Of a stretch of 58,247 nucleotides of DNA, positions 1 to 9,210 are shown piece by piece. The translations under genes were made by a program, and so were the position numbers. The stretch is from Patescibacteria group bacterium (GTDB lineage Bacteria; Patescibacteriota; Minisyncoccia; JAHIHE01; JAGLIN01): positions 1 to 58,247 of the forward strand of contig JAYEHC010000102.1 of the NCBI GenBank assembly GCA_034659355.1, read 5' to 3'. Within the stretch, counting starts at the first letter, position 1; every line of letters starts with the position of its first letter. The notes beneath the pieces were generated by a model. The model saw only the letters and a list, made by a program, of their open reading frames with translations, was not told the origin of the DNA and did not search any database.

Positions 1-2
1 TA

Positions 3-1307
3 AAAGAAAAGAATTCTAACGAGTCAGAGTTTATTCAAGCAGTTGAAGAAGTGGTTTATTCTTTAGAGGATTTTTTGAATGAAAATTCTGTTTATGTTGA
101 AAATAAAATTTTAGAACGTTTGACTGAACCTGATAGAACAATAATTTTCAGAGTATCATGGACAAATGACGCCGGAGAAATAAAAATTAACCGTGGATTC
201 AGGGTTCAATTTAATAATACTATCGGTCCCTATAAAGGCGGTTTGCGTTTTCATCCGTCAGTTAATTTGAGCATTCTAAAGTTTTTAGGTTTTGAACAAA
301 TTTTTAAAAATAGTTTAACAGGATTGCCTTTGGGTGGAGGCAAGGGTGGTAGTGATTTTGATCCTCGTGGAAAATCTGATAGTGAAATAATGAGGTTTTG
401 TCAAAATTTTATGACAGAATTATATCGTCACATTGGTCCCAATATTGATGTGCCAGCTGGAGATATTGGTGTGGGAGCGAGAGAAATTGGCTATTTATAT
501 GGTCAATATAAAAAATTAACCAAAGAATTTTCAGGAGTTTTAACCGGCAAGGGTTTAAATTGTGGCGGAAGCAATATTAGAACCGAAGCTACGGGATATG
601 GGGTGGTATATTTTGCGGAAGAAATGTTAAAACATATTGGTGACACATTATCAGGAAAAAGTGTTTTAATTTCTGGATCAGGCAATGTAGCTCAATATAC
701 GGCCGAAAAAGCAATAGAATTAGGGGCAAAAATATTAACCATGTCTGATTCTAATGGAACAATCTATGACGAAAAAGGATTAAATCAGGAAAAATTAGAA
801 TTTATTAAACATATTAAAAATATAGAGCACGGACGAATTAAAGATGTGGCCGATAAGTATAATCTAAAATATCTTGTCAATGAAAAACCTTGGTCAATAA
901 AAGCTGATATAGCTTTTCCTTGTGCTACTCAAAACGAAATATTTGGTCAAGATGCTGAGAAAATGATTGCAAATGACGTTAAAATGGTAACCGAAGGCGC
1001 AAATATGCCTTCAACATCTGAAGCGATAGAACTATTTAAGAAAAACAAAATTTTATTTGTTCCAGGCAAAGCATCTAACGCCGGCGGTGTTGCTGTTTCT
1101 GGATTAGAAATGAGTCAAAATAGTTTAAGATTATCATGGACAAGAGAAGAAGTTGATGAAAGATTAAAAATAATTATAAAGGAAATACATAGCCAAATAA
1201 TTAAATATGGCAAGAGAGATGATGGTTATATTGATTATATAAAAGGTGCTAATGTCGCTGGTTTTATAAAAGTGGCTGATAGTATGTTGACGCAGGGATT
1301 AACATAA
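3..1307 (+). CDS. gdhA: NADP-dependent glutamate dehydrogenase, 5' end cut by window edge
   Basis: ORF track gives 51..1307, but the frame stays open back to nt 3 (..NESEFIQAVEEV..), which matches the conserved GDH N-terminus. Catalytic box GLPLGGGKGGSDFDP and dinucleotide motif GSGNVAQY are present. Confidence 0.92.
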   Translation, partial: KEKNSNESEFIQAVEEVVYSLEDFLNENSVYVENKILERLTEPDRTIIFRVSWTNDAGEIKINRGFRVQFNNTIGPYKGGLRFHPSVNLSILKFLGFEQIFKNSLTGLPLGGGKGGSDFDPRGKSDSEIMRFCQNFMTELYRHIGPNIDVPAGDIGVGAREIGYLYGQYKKLTKEFSGVLTGKGLNCGGSNIRTEATGYGVVYFAEEMLKHIGDTLSGKSVLISGSGNVAQYTAEKAIELGAKILTMSDSNGTIYDEKGLNQEKLEFIKHIKNIEHGRIKDVADKYNLKYLVNEKPWSIKADIAFPCATQNEIFGQDAEKMIANDVKMVTEGANMPSTSEAIELFKKNKILFVPGKASNAGGVAVSGLEMSQNSLRLSWTREEVDERLKIIIKEIHSQIIKYGKRDDGYIDYIKGANVAGFIKVADSMLTQGLT

Positions 1308-1329
1308 ATAAATTTAAATTCACATTGCA

Positions 1330-1518
1330 ATGAAAAAAATTATTGAAGGTAATTTGTTTAACAGGATTGAAAAGCTTGGAGGTAAGGAATACAAACATGT
1401 CGGTTTTGAAGATGACGAAGGAAAATTTGGTGATTATTTAGAGGATATAGTTCCCACCGTTGGAACAGTAAAAAGAGCAAGACTGACGATAGAAGTTTCG
1501 GAAGATGGTAATGACTAA
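1330..1518 (+). CDS. hypothetical small acidic protein (62 aa)
   Basis: ORF only. It is co-oriented between gdhA and trxA and has no recognisable motif. Confidence 0.35.
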   Translation: MKKIIEGNLFNRIEKLGGKEYKHVGFEDDEGKFGDYLEDIVPTVGTVKRARLTIEVSEDGND

Positions 1519-1557
1519 ATGTTAAGTAAAAATTAATAATTAATTAAATTTAAAAAT

Positions 1558-1896
1558 ATGTCAAAAGTATTAAATCTAAATGGCGAACAGCAGTTTGCCG
1601 AAGAAGTTAGAAAGAGCGATTTACCTGTGTTAGTAGATTTTTGGGCACCTTGGTGTATGCCTTGTAAGATGATGGCTCCGACTTTGGATGAGCTATCGGA
1701 AAAAATGGATGGAAAAATAAAAGTTGCAAAGGTTGACACGGAAAATCAAGAAAATGCCAAATTGGCAATGGAATTCAATATTCAAAGTATTCCTAATATG
1801 AAATTATTTAAGGGTGGAGAAGTAATTGGAGAGTTTATCGGTTTAAGAGATTTTAATACTCTTAAAGGTGAAATTGAAGAAATAATTAATAAATAA
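1558..1896 (+). CDS. trxA: thioredoxin
   Basis: 112 aa with the WCMPCK (WCxPC) active site and a thioredoxin-like length. Confidence 0.92.
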   Translation: MSKVLNLNGEQQFAEEVRKSDLPVLVDFWAPWCMPCKMMAPTLDELSEKMDGKIKVAKVDTENQENAKLAMEFNIQSIPNMKLFKGGEVIGEFIGLRDFNTLKGEIEEIINK

Positions 1897-1897
1897 T

Positions 1898-2815
1898 ATG
1901 AATAATATTGATTTATGTATTATTGGTAATGGACCGGCAGGTTTGACAGCGGCCGTTTATGCTGCTCGTTACGGAATAAACCAAGTCCTTGTTGGTGATC
2001 TCCCAGGCGGATTGATGACTTCTTCTCATAAAATTTGTAATTATCCATCGGAAAAAGAAATTTCCGGAATGGAATTGTCTCAAAAAATGATTGACCAAGT
2101 TAATTTTTTATCCGTGCCGCAAATAATGGCTCAAGTCAAATCTATTTCAAAAATTGATAATAGTTACCAATTAGACCTATCTAATGGAGAAAATATAATA
2201 ACCAAAACTATTCTTATAGCCACCGGTACGAAGCATCGCCATCTGAATTTGTCTCGCGAAAAAGAATTAACAGGCAAAGGGGTTTCTTATTGCGCTACTT
2301 GCGATGGGATGTTTTATAAAAATAAAGTGGTGGCGGTTGTCGGTGGCAGCGATAGCGCCAATACTTCATCCCTTTATTTATCGCAAGTAGCTGATATGGT
2401 TTATCAAATTTATCGCAAAGATGCTTTACGCGGTGAGACTGCTTGGATAAACCAGATAAAAAATAATCAAAAAGTAAAAGTTATTTATAATAACGAAATA
2501 ACAGAATTGATTGGGGAGGAAAAATTATTGGCTATAGAGTTAAAAAATGAATTTGAAGGGAAAACAAAAATAACCATTGATGGTTTGTTTATAGAAATTG
2601 GTTCTGAACCGGATTTGAATTTATCTAAACAGTTAAATCTAAAAACAGATAGGGGTGGGTATATATTAACTAATCCGGATCAAATTACTAGTCAAAAAGG
2701 AGTTTGGGCGGCTGGTGATATAACTACCAATTCAAATTCATTTAGGCAAATTATTACTGCTTGTGCTGAAGGTGCGGTAGCTGTGGAGAATATTTTTAAA
2801 TTTTTAAGCAAATAA
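1898..2815 (+). CDS. trxB: thioredoxin-disulfide reductase
   Basis: FAD motif GNGPAGLTAAVYAAR, redox-active CATCDG, second dinucleotide motif VGGSDSA. Only a 1-nt gap separates it from trxA. Confidence 0.92.
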   Translation: MNNIDLCIIGNGPAGLTAAVYAARYGINQVLVGDLPGGLMTSSHKICNYPSEKEISGMELSQKMIDQVNFLSVPQIMAQVKSISKIDNSYQLDLSNGENIITKTILIATGTKHRHLNLSREKELTGKGVSYCATCDGMFYKNKVVAVVGGSDSANTSSLYLSQVADMVYQIYRKDALRGETAWINQIKNNQKVKVIYNNEITELIGEEKLLAIELKNEFEGKTKITIDGLFIEIGSEPDLNLSKQLNLKTDRGGYILTNPDQITSQKGVWAAGDITTNSNSFRQIITACAEGAVAVENIFKFLSK

Positions 2816-2888
2816 AGATTGTGCAAATAAAAAAATCAATTCAAAAAAAATATTTTGAAAAGATTAAAATAAATTGTTTATTAAATTT

Positions 2889-3578
2889 ATGTCCAAGCCT
2901 GTCTTAAAAGTAAAAAATTTAAATGTAAAATTGGGTAATAAGGAAATTATTAGCGACCTTTCTTTTGAGGTGAACAGAAGTGATGTTTTAATTATTTTAG
3001 GACCGAATGGTGCTGGTAAAACCACTTTGTTAAAAAGTTTATTGGGACTTATACCTAGTGAAGGAGAAATTATTTGGGCGTCAAAAAAAATCAGCTATCT
3101 TCCTCCGCAAGAATTGATTCAAAGAAAAAATTTGTTCCCGATGACTATAAAAGAATTTTTTGAATTTAAAAATATTGAACAAGAAGATATATTAAAAATT
3201 TTTCAGGAAGTAGGATTGGATTTGTCGTTATTAGAAAGACCGTTTGGCACTTTGTCTACTGGGCAATTTCAAAGAATGATAATTGCCTGGGCTTTGGTTG
3301 ATAATCCTGATATTTTATTGTTTGACGAAGCGACCTATGGGGTTGATGCTGGCGGAGAAGAAACTATTTATTCTCTTTTGCATAGAATTTGGCAACAAAG
3401 GCATTTAACAATTTTATTAGTTACTCATGATTTAAATATTGTTTATGAACATGCAAATAATGTGCTTTGCCTTAATAAAGAAAAATTATGTTACGGTAAG
3501 CCGTTAAAAGTTTTGACTCCGAAAAATTTGCAAAAAATTTACGGGACTGGAATAAAATTTTATAAACATACTCATTAA
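2889..3578 (+). CDS. metal (Zn/Mn-type) ABC transporter ATP-binding protein
   Basis: Walker A GPNGAGKTT, signature LSTGQFQR, Walker B ILLFDEA. It is paired with an ABC-3 type permease. ATG 2889 is preferred over the track's TTG at 2874. Confidence 0.85.
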   Translation: MSKPVLKVKNLNVKLGNKEIISDLSFEVNRSDVLIILGPNGAGKTTLLKSLLGLIPSEGEIIWASKKISYLPPQELIQRKNLFPMTIKEFFEFKNIEQEDILKIFQEVGLDLSLLERPFGTLSTGQFQRMIIAWALVDNPDILLFDEATYGVDAGGEETIYSLLHRIWQQRHLTILLVTHDLNIVYEHANNVLCLNKEKLCYGKPLKVLTPKNLQKIYGTGIKFYKHTH

Positions 3579-3582
3579 TAAT

Positions 3583-4356
3583 ATGGAATTTATTTTAATT
3601 TTAATTATGGGAAGCTTTGTCGGGGTTGCCGCTGGTTATTTAGGAACTCTAATGCTATCCAAAAGAATGGTTTTAGTGGCCGGTCCTTTAGGTCATTTAA
3701 CCTTGCCTGGTATCGCTTTGGCTTTTTTATTTGGCTTTGATGTATCCATAGGTGCTTTTTTAGTTGTTCTTTTAGGTATTGTTATAATTTGGTATCTAGA
3801 AACAAAGACTAAACTTCCGATGGAAGCTTTGACTGCTGTTATCTTTGCGGCTGGAGTCGCAGTTACTTTTTTATTTATTCCAGAAGAAAAAACTATTCCT
3901 GCCCTCATCGGGGATGTCACTCAGATATCTTTAACTACAACTATAATTACTGTCATTTTGTCTTTATTGGTTATTTTTACAACTAAAAAAATTTACAAAA
4001 AAATTATTTTGACTGAAATTTCTGAAGATATTGCTCGTTCCCAAGGGATAGATGTCAAAAAATATAACTTTATTTATCTGTTTTGTATAGCTATTATTGT
4101 ATCTTTGGGAGCCAGAATAGTTGGTGGATTAATGACTGCTGCTTTAGTGGCTATACCGGCCTGCACTAGCAAAAATTTTAGCAAAAATATTTCGCAATAT
4201 TCCTCATATGGGATGTTGTTTGGCGGATTAGGTTGTTTATTAGGAATATTTGGTTCTAATTTTACGAGTATTCCGGCTGGCTTGTTAATAATTTTTGTAA
4301 GCGTATTTTTCTTTTTAATTTCTTTAGTATTTAATTTTTATAAAAACCCAAAATAA
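3583..4356 (+). CDS. metal ABC transporter permease (ABC-3, ZnuB/MntB/TroCD-like)
   Basis: 257-aa multi-pass hydrophobic protein immediately after the ATPase. Size and topology fit the ABC-3 family. Confidence 0.8.
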   Translation: MEFILILIMGSFVGVAAGYLGTLMLSKRMVLVAGPLGHLTLPGIALAFLFGFDVSIGAFLVVLLGIVIIWYLETKTKLPMEALTAVIFAAGVAVTFLFIPEEKTIPALIGDVTQISLTTTIITVILSLLVIFTTKKIYKKIILTEISEDIARSQGIDVKKYNFIYLFCIAIIVSLGARIVGGLMTAALVAIPACTSKNFSKNISQYSSYGMLFGGLGCLLGIFGSNFTSIPAGLLIIFVSVFFFLISLVFNFYKNPK

Positions 4357-4357
4357 T

Positions 4358-5212
4358 ATGGCTATTATTTCTAATCCAATTAAAATCGCAATCACCGGAG
4401 GCAAAGGTGGAACGGGGAAATCAACTGTGGCGACTGCCTTGTCTTCAATTTTATCTGAAGATAAAAAAGTATTATTGATTGATGCTGATGTAGATTGCCC
4501 AGGAGACGATCTTTTGCTTGGTATTAAATTAAAAAAAGTAGAAGATGTCAAAAATATGATGCCGGTTTTTGATTCTAAAAAATGTATACATTGTGGAAAA
4601 TGTGCCGCAGTTTGTCCTGAAAACGCCATCGTCTTTGTCAAAGACAAAGATCCTATTTTTATTCCAGAACAATGTATTGGTTGTCGAGCTTGCAAAATAG
4701 TTTGTCCATCCGGAGCGATTACTGAATCAACGCAAGTTATCGGTGAAATTTCTATTGGTCAAAAAAAGAATTTAACTTTGTTATCTGGAAAAATGAAAAC
4801 TGGTATTGAAGAATCAAGTTTGGTGGTTAATGCAGTAAAAAAATTCTATGAAGAATGGGAAGAAGATTTTGATTATGTTATTATTGATACGGCTGCTGGC
4901 ACTCATTGTCCGGTGATTGCGGCTCTTTCTGGAAGCGATCGAGCATTGGCTATTACAGAACCGACCTCTTTAGGCGCTCATGATCTTGATTTAATTCTTT
5001 CTTTAGCTAAAAAATTAAAAATAAAAACTCAAGTTGTTATTAATAGAGCTAGCATTGGTCCAGAAGGCATTATCGAAAAAGTAATTAAAAAATATCATAC
5101 GAAAATTATTGCCAAAATTCCTTATAGTCAAGATATTGAAAAAAAATATTGTTCTGGATTACCAATTCAAAATATGGAAATTAAAAAAATAGCCAATCAA
5201 TTAAAAAAATGA
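4358..5212 (+). CDS. MinD/ParA-superfamily P-loop ATPase with inserted 2x[4Fe-4S] ferredoxin domain (COG1149-like)
   Basis: Deviant Walker A GGKGGTGKST. Two CxxCxxCxxxCP motifs (CIHCGKCAAVCP, CIGCRACKIVCP). DTAAG Walker B region. Confidence 0.85.
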   Translation: MAIISNPIKIAITGGKGGTGKSTVATALSSILSEDKKVLLIDADVDCPGDDLLLGIKLKKVEDVKNMMPVFDSKKCIHCGKCAAVCPENAIVFVKDKDPIFIPEQCIGCRACKIVCPSGAITESTQVIGEISIGQKKNLTLLSGKMKTGIEESSLVVNAVKKFYEEWEEDFDYVIIDTAAGTHCPVIAALSGSDRALAITEPTSLGAHDLDLILSLAKKLKIKTQVVINRASIGPEGIIEKVIKKYHTKIIAKIPYSQDIEKKYCSGLPIQNMEIKKIANQLKK

Positions 5213-6099
5213 AAAATTTAAAAACTGTTACAATTTTATCGGGTAAAGGAGGTGTTGGGAAAAGTAGTATTTCCGCTTCTTTAGCTTTTTTAATGGCTCA
5301 AAAAAATAAGATCGTAGCAGTGGATTGCGATGTGGATGCGGCTAATTTAGCTTTACTTTTTAGTTTAAACAAATTAACCAAAAATGAAAAAGTTTCTACA
5401 AACATAAAGGCTTTTGTGAATAAAAATGCTCAAGGATGTAAAAAAATAGTAGAAAATTGTGCTTTTTCCGCAATTTCATGGAATAGAAAAAAACAATTGC
5501 CGGAAATAAATAATTTTTTATGCGAGGGTTGTGGAGTTTGCAAATTGTTATGTCCAAATGGTATAGATATGAAGAAAGTTGAAAATGCGACCATTGGAGA
5601 AGGTCAAACTAGATATGGGTTTACTGTTGTTTCTGGTCAATTGGAAATGGGAGAATCTGGAAGCGGTAAGGTAGTGACTGTAGTTAAAGAAAGAGCTCAA
5701 AAAATAGCTAAAAAACAACAAGCAGAATATTTAATTGTTGATTCGGCTCCAGGGATAGGATGTCCGGTGATCGCGTCTATTCGGAGCAGTGATTATATTT
5801 TAGCGGTAACCGAGCCTACCCCAACAGCATTTCGAGCATTGCGGAGGGTTTTGGAAGTCGTGGAGCATTTCGGGATTAATTATGGTATTATTATAAATAA
5901 GAGTGATTTGAATAAAAATTTTGTCAAAGAAATAGAGAAATTTGCTAAAGAAAAAAAAGTCTCAATTATTGGGAAAATACCTTTTAGCAAAAATTTCGTT
6001 GAAGCAATGATAAAGATGAAGCCAGTGGTCGAAATTAATCCAAATTATCAAAAAATATTTCAAAAAATTATTAATCAAATAAATTTAGAAATAAAATGA
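5209..6099 (+). CDS. second MinD/ParA-superfamily ATPase with ferredoxin-like insert (COG1149-like paralog)
   Basis: SGKGGVGKSS Walker A. One intact CEGCGVCKLLCP motif and one degenerate Cys motif. ATGA overlap with the upstream paralog. Confidence 0.85.
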   Translation: MKNLKTVTILSGKGGVGKSSISASLAFLMAQKNKIVAVDCDVDAANLALLFSLNKLTKNEKVSTNIKAFVNKNAQGCKKIVENCAFSAISWNRKKQLPEINNFLCEGCGVCKLLCPNGIDMKKVENATIGEGQTRYGFTVVSGQLEMGESGSGKVVTVVKERAQKIAKKQQAEYLIVDSAPGIGCPVIASIRSSDYILAVTEPTPTAFRALRRVLEVVEHFGINYGIIINKSDLNKNFVKEIEKFAKEKKVSIIGKIPFSKNFVEAMIKMKPVVEINPNYQKIFQKIINQINLEIK

Positions 6100-7145
6100 A
6101 AGAAAAAATAGCCTTAATTTCAATATTAGCCAATGTATTCTTAGCAGTAGGAAAGATTTCAGTCGGTTTAATCTCTAATTCCTCGGCTGTTTTAGCGGAT
6201 GGATTTCATGCTTTTACAGATATTTTTGCTTCCGGGATTGGATATTTTGGCATTAAAGCATCTCAAAAACCAGTTGACAAAAGACATCCTTATGGTCATT
6301 ATAAATTTGAAGTTTTAGGCGGATTAATTATTACTTTTATTCTTTTTATCTCTGGTGTGGGGATTATTTATGAAGCCTATAAGAAATTTTTAAATCCAGA
6401 AGAAATAAAAATAAATTATTTGATTTTCGGGGTTATGTTTTTGTCTATTTTGATAAATTTTTTCACTTCTCGACTTAAAATTTATTATGGGAAAAAAGAA
6501 AATTCTCTGACTCTTCTCTCTGACGGAACACATGATAAAGCGGACGTGCTTGCCTCAGTAGCTGTTCTGAGTGGAGTATTATTTTCTAAATATTGGGTTT
6601 ACGCTGATCCTATTTTGGCAGTATTAATAGGACTGTATATTATTAAAGAGTCATTTCCATTAGGTAAAGAAGCCATTGACTCTTTACTTGATGTTTCTGC
6701 TGGAGAAGAAATAGAAGAGGAAATAAAATCAATCGCTGAAAAAGAAAATATTAAGATAGATTCTTTAAAAACACAGAAAAAAGGTTCTGCCATAACTGCT
6801 AATTTGGAAATAGATTTGCCAAGCAAATTAAACGTAGAAGAGGCGACTAAAATTTCCAATATTTTAAGAGAGAAACTAATACAAGCGATAGAACCTTTGG
6901 AATATGTGGTTATTCAAATTATCAGCCATGAGATAGAAACTGGATTTTACAAACCTGATTTTGGTCACGGATTCGGCTGGCAGAGAAAAGGTAGATTTAA
7001 AGATAAAATCCAAGAGGCGTCTAGCAAAGGTCCAGACGGTTATTGCGTTTGCGAAAAATGCGGTTATAAAACTCCGCACCAAAGAGGTGTTCCGTGTTCA
7101 AATTTAAAATGTCCTAATTGTAATGTTAATTTAGAAAGAGAATAA
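6096..7145 (+). CDS. cation diffusion facilitator (CDF) transporter with C-terminal Cys-rich zinc-ribbon extension
   Basis: CDF hallmarks SSAVLADGFHAFTDI and HDKADV. The extra tail GYCVCEKCGYKTPHQRGVPCSNLKCPNCN lies at about 7030-7142. ATGA overlap with the upstream gene. Confidence 0.85.
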   Translation: MKEKIALISILANVFLAVGKISVGLISNSSAVLADGFHAFTDIFASGIGYFGIKASQKPVDKRHPYGHYKFEVLGGLIITFILFISGVGIIYEAYKKFLNPEEIKINYLIFGVMFLSILINFFTSRLKIYYGKKENSLTLLSDGTHDKADVLASVAVLSGVLFSKYWVYADPILAVLIGLYIIKESFPLGKEAIDSLLDVSAGEEIEEEIKSIAEKENIKIDSLKTQKKGSAITANLEIDLPSKLNVEEATKISNILREKLIQAIEPLEYVVIQIISHEIETGFYKPDFGHGFGWQRKGRFKDKIQEASSKGPDGYCVCEKCGYKTPHQRGVPCSNLKCPNCNVNLERE

Positions 7146-7146
7146 T

Positions 7147-7422
7147 ATGCCAAGACCAAGACTTTGCAGAAAAATAAGATTTAATTCAGACATAACTTAT
7201 TTTAAACCTCAAGGAGTGCCAGTGAGATTTTTAGATATGGTAGAATTAACCGCTGAAGAAGTAGAAGCTTTGAGATTAAAAAATGACAAAAATTTAGATC
7301 AGAACGAAGCCGCTAAAATGATGAAAACTTCTCGAAGCACGTTTCAAAGGATTTTAGTTTCGGCATACAAAAAAGTGACCAACGCTATAATTGAAGGCAA
7401 AGCGATTAAAATAGTCAAATAA
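7147..7422 (+). CDS. DUF134/COG1342 predicted DNA-binding protein
   Basis: MPRPRLCRKI...YFKPQGVP...EEVEALRLKN..LDQNEAAKMM..SRSTFQRIL...GKAIKI closely matches the DUF134 consensus. Confidence 0.85.
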   Translation: MPRPRLCRKIRFNSDITYFKPQGVPVRFLDMVELTAEEVEALRLKNDKNLDQNEAAKMMKTSRSTFQRILVSAYKKVTNAIIEGKAIKIVK

Positions 7423-7430
7423 TTTTATGA

Positions 7431-7634
7431 CGAACAAATTTTAAAATATTCACGAAGCTTGGTTGGCAAATTAAAATATCTCAGAAATATAAATGCCGAA
7501 AATGTAATCATATTTGGCGCAATAATAATATCAGTCTCATTGGTATGTTTGATATAGAAATTGTTGAACAAGCGGTGTTTATGTGTTTGCGCTCTCTCTC
7601 TTTCAGTAGCGTTTCAAAAATTTTCAGAAGTTAG
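7431..7634 (+). pseudogene. possible IS1-like transposase N-terminal remnant (zinc finger plus HTH), no start codon
   Basis: The open frame RTNF..QKYKCRKCNHIWRNN..IEIVEQAVFMCLRSLSFSSVSKIFRS* resembles IS1 InsA (Y-x-C-x-x-C-x-x-x-W/F followed by an HTH). It sits in a 459-bp non-coding gap and lacks ATG/GTG/TTG. Confidence 0.3.
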
Positions 7635-7881
7635 TTTGAAAAAAATGTTTTTCTAAAAAAAGTTTTGTTTTCTCGCATTGAACAATTTCTATGCGAGAGC
7701 TGGTTTGCAATCAGTTTCAAAATGTTTAAAAAACACAAAAAACGAATTTGTGAATCCAACCTCGTATAAGAAAAACTGCAGACAAAATACACACATTTTT
7801 CCTGTTAATATTTTATTTTATTGACTTATCTTTGTAAAAGTTGTATCCTTAGGTTGTGATTATTAAAATTTAAGAAAAGCA

Positions 7882-8517
7882 ATGGAAAAAAATAATGAAG
7901 AGAACAACAAAGAGAATATAAATAACAATAAGACGGAAATAAAAAAAACAGAGAAAAGTAGTTCTTTTTTGTCTGATTTAAAAGATTTTTCTTTTGATAC
8001 AATAAAAATTGTTGTTATAAGTTTGGTTGTAATAATTGGGATTAGAACTTTTGTGATGCAACCGTTTTTTGTGAACGGGCAGAGTATGGAACCGAATTTT
8101 TATGATGGCGATTATCTTATCGTTAATGAAATTAGCTATCGATTTGACAATCCTCAAAGAGGAGATGTTATTATTTTCCATTATCCCAATGATCCTCGCC
8201 AGTTTTTTATAAAAAGAGTAATCGGGCTTCCCGGAGAAAAGATTGAAATAAAAAATAGCAAGATAACTATTTATAATAAAGAAAATCCTGACGGGCTCGT
8301 GCTTGACGAATTTTATCTTCCCAAAACCGCTGTGATAATAAAAGATTATTCTCAGGAACTTAAAAATGATGAATACTATGTTTTGGGCGACAACAGGACA
8401 GCGAGTTCCGATTCGCGTGTTTGGGGTGTTTTAGAAAAACGCTATATAGTGGGGAAAACATGGATTAGAGCTTGGCCATTTGGCAATTTTTCAATATTTG
8501 AAGGTGTTGAGTATTGA
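7882..8517 (+). CDS. lepB: signal peptidase I
   Basis: N-terminal TM segment. Catalytic GQSMEPNF (Ser), KRVIGLPGE (Lys) and GDNRTASSDSR boxes. Confidence 0.9.
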   Translation: MEKNNEENNKENINNNKTEIKKTEKSSSFLSDLKDFSFDTIKIVVISLVVIIGIRTFVMQPFFVNGQSMEPNFYDGDYLIVNEISYRFDNPQRGDVIIFHYPNDPRQFFIKRVIGLPGEKIEIKNSKITIYNKENPDGLVLDEFYLPKTAVIIKDYSQELKNDEYYVLGDNRTASSDSRVWGVLEKRYIVGKTWIRAWPFGNFSIFEGVEY

Positions 8518-8521
8518 TAAT

Positions 8522-8639
8522 GAATAATGAATTATAAATCAAGAATTATGGACAATAAACAAGAGACAAGTTGTCAATAATCTTTGTTTATTCTTTGTTT
8601 ATTCTTAATTTATTATTCGTTATTTGTTATTCATTATTC
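8522..8639. repeat. long imperfect AT-rich palindrome built from GAATAAT/ATTATTC-type heptamers
   Basis: GAATAATGAAT (8522-8532) is the exact reverse complement of ATTCATTATTC (8629-8639). Inner arms ATAAACAA/TTGTTTAT also pair. It lies between lepB and the flavoprotein gene. Confidence 0.45.
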
Positions 8640-8645
8640 AAATTT

Positions 8646-9188
8646 ATGAACATCGTTGCGATTTGCGGAAGTCCGCGAAATGGAAACACGGAATTTACAT
8701 TAAAAAGAATTCTTACTAAAGCGAGCGAGCTTGGAGCGAGTACTGAGCTTGTTTTGTTGCGTGAAAAAAGAATTGAGTTTTGCGACGGATGTTTGAGTTG
8801 CGAATCTTCGGGTAAATGCAAAACAAGAGACGATATGCAAATTATCTATCCAAGACTTGAAAACGCGGATTTAATAATCTTTGGCAGTCCGAATTATTTC
8901 AGTAATATGACAGGGATGATGAAAAATTTTGTTGATCGGATGAATCCTTATTATACAAACAAGGCGCTTAATGAAAAAAAGATGGTTGTTGCCGTAATTG
9001 GAGAGACAAATAACAGTAATTCAGTTGGAAAAGTTATAAATAGTTTTGAAGCTATAACTAATAGTTTTAAAATGTCTTTTGTTGGAGATCTTTTTCTGTC
9101 TGCAAAAGGTTCCCAAGATGTAGAGAATAGCCCAGATGATATAAAAAAGATAGATGAGTTTGCGGAGGGATTGATTGGAAATGATTAA
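8646..9188 (+). CDS. NADPH-dependent FMN reductase / iron-sulfur flavoprotein-like
   Basis: MNIVAICGSPRNGNT flavodoxin-like start, compact Cys cluster CDGCLSCESSGKC, GSPNYF motif. ATG 8646 is preferred because the track's 8571 start reads through the palindrome. Confidence 0.8.
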   Translation: MNIVAICGSPRNGNTEFTLKRILTKASELGASTELVLLREKRIEFCDGCLSCESSGKCKTRDDMQIIYPRLENADLIIFGSPNYFSNMTGMMKNFVDRMNPYYTNKALNEKKMVVAVIGETNNSNSVGKVINSFEAITNSFKMSFVGDLFLSAKGSQDVENSPDDIKKIDEFAEGLIGND

Positions 9189-9210
9189 ATCTGTCATTCT
9201 GAATTAACCT

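Noticed and set aside
4324-4695. Antisense or shadow ORFs in the track that overlap well-supported genes. Examples: 4324..4695(-), 3693..3920(-), 15628..16017(-), 18351..18725(+), 20419..20868(-), 32548..32916(-), 34115..34450(-), 41096..41446(-), 53945..54271(-), 12633..12962(-), 12997..13239(+).
   Set aside because: Each lies opposite a gene with strong family motifs. Their sequences are low-complexity or hydrophobic and lack RBS or known motifs. These are typical spurious ORFs of AT-rich DNA.
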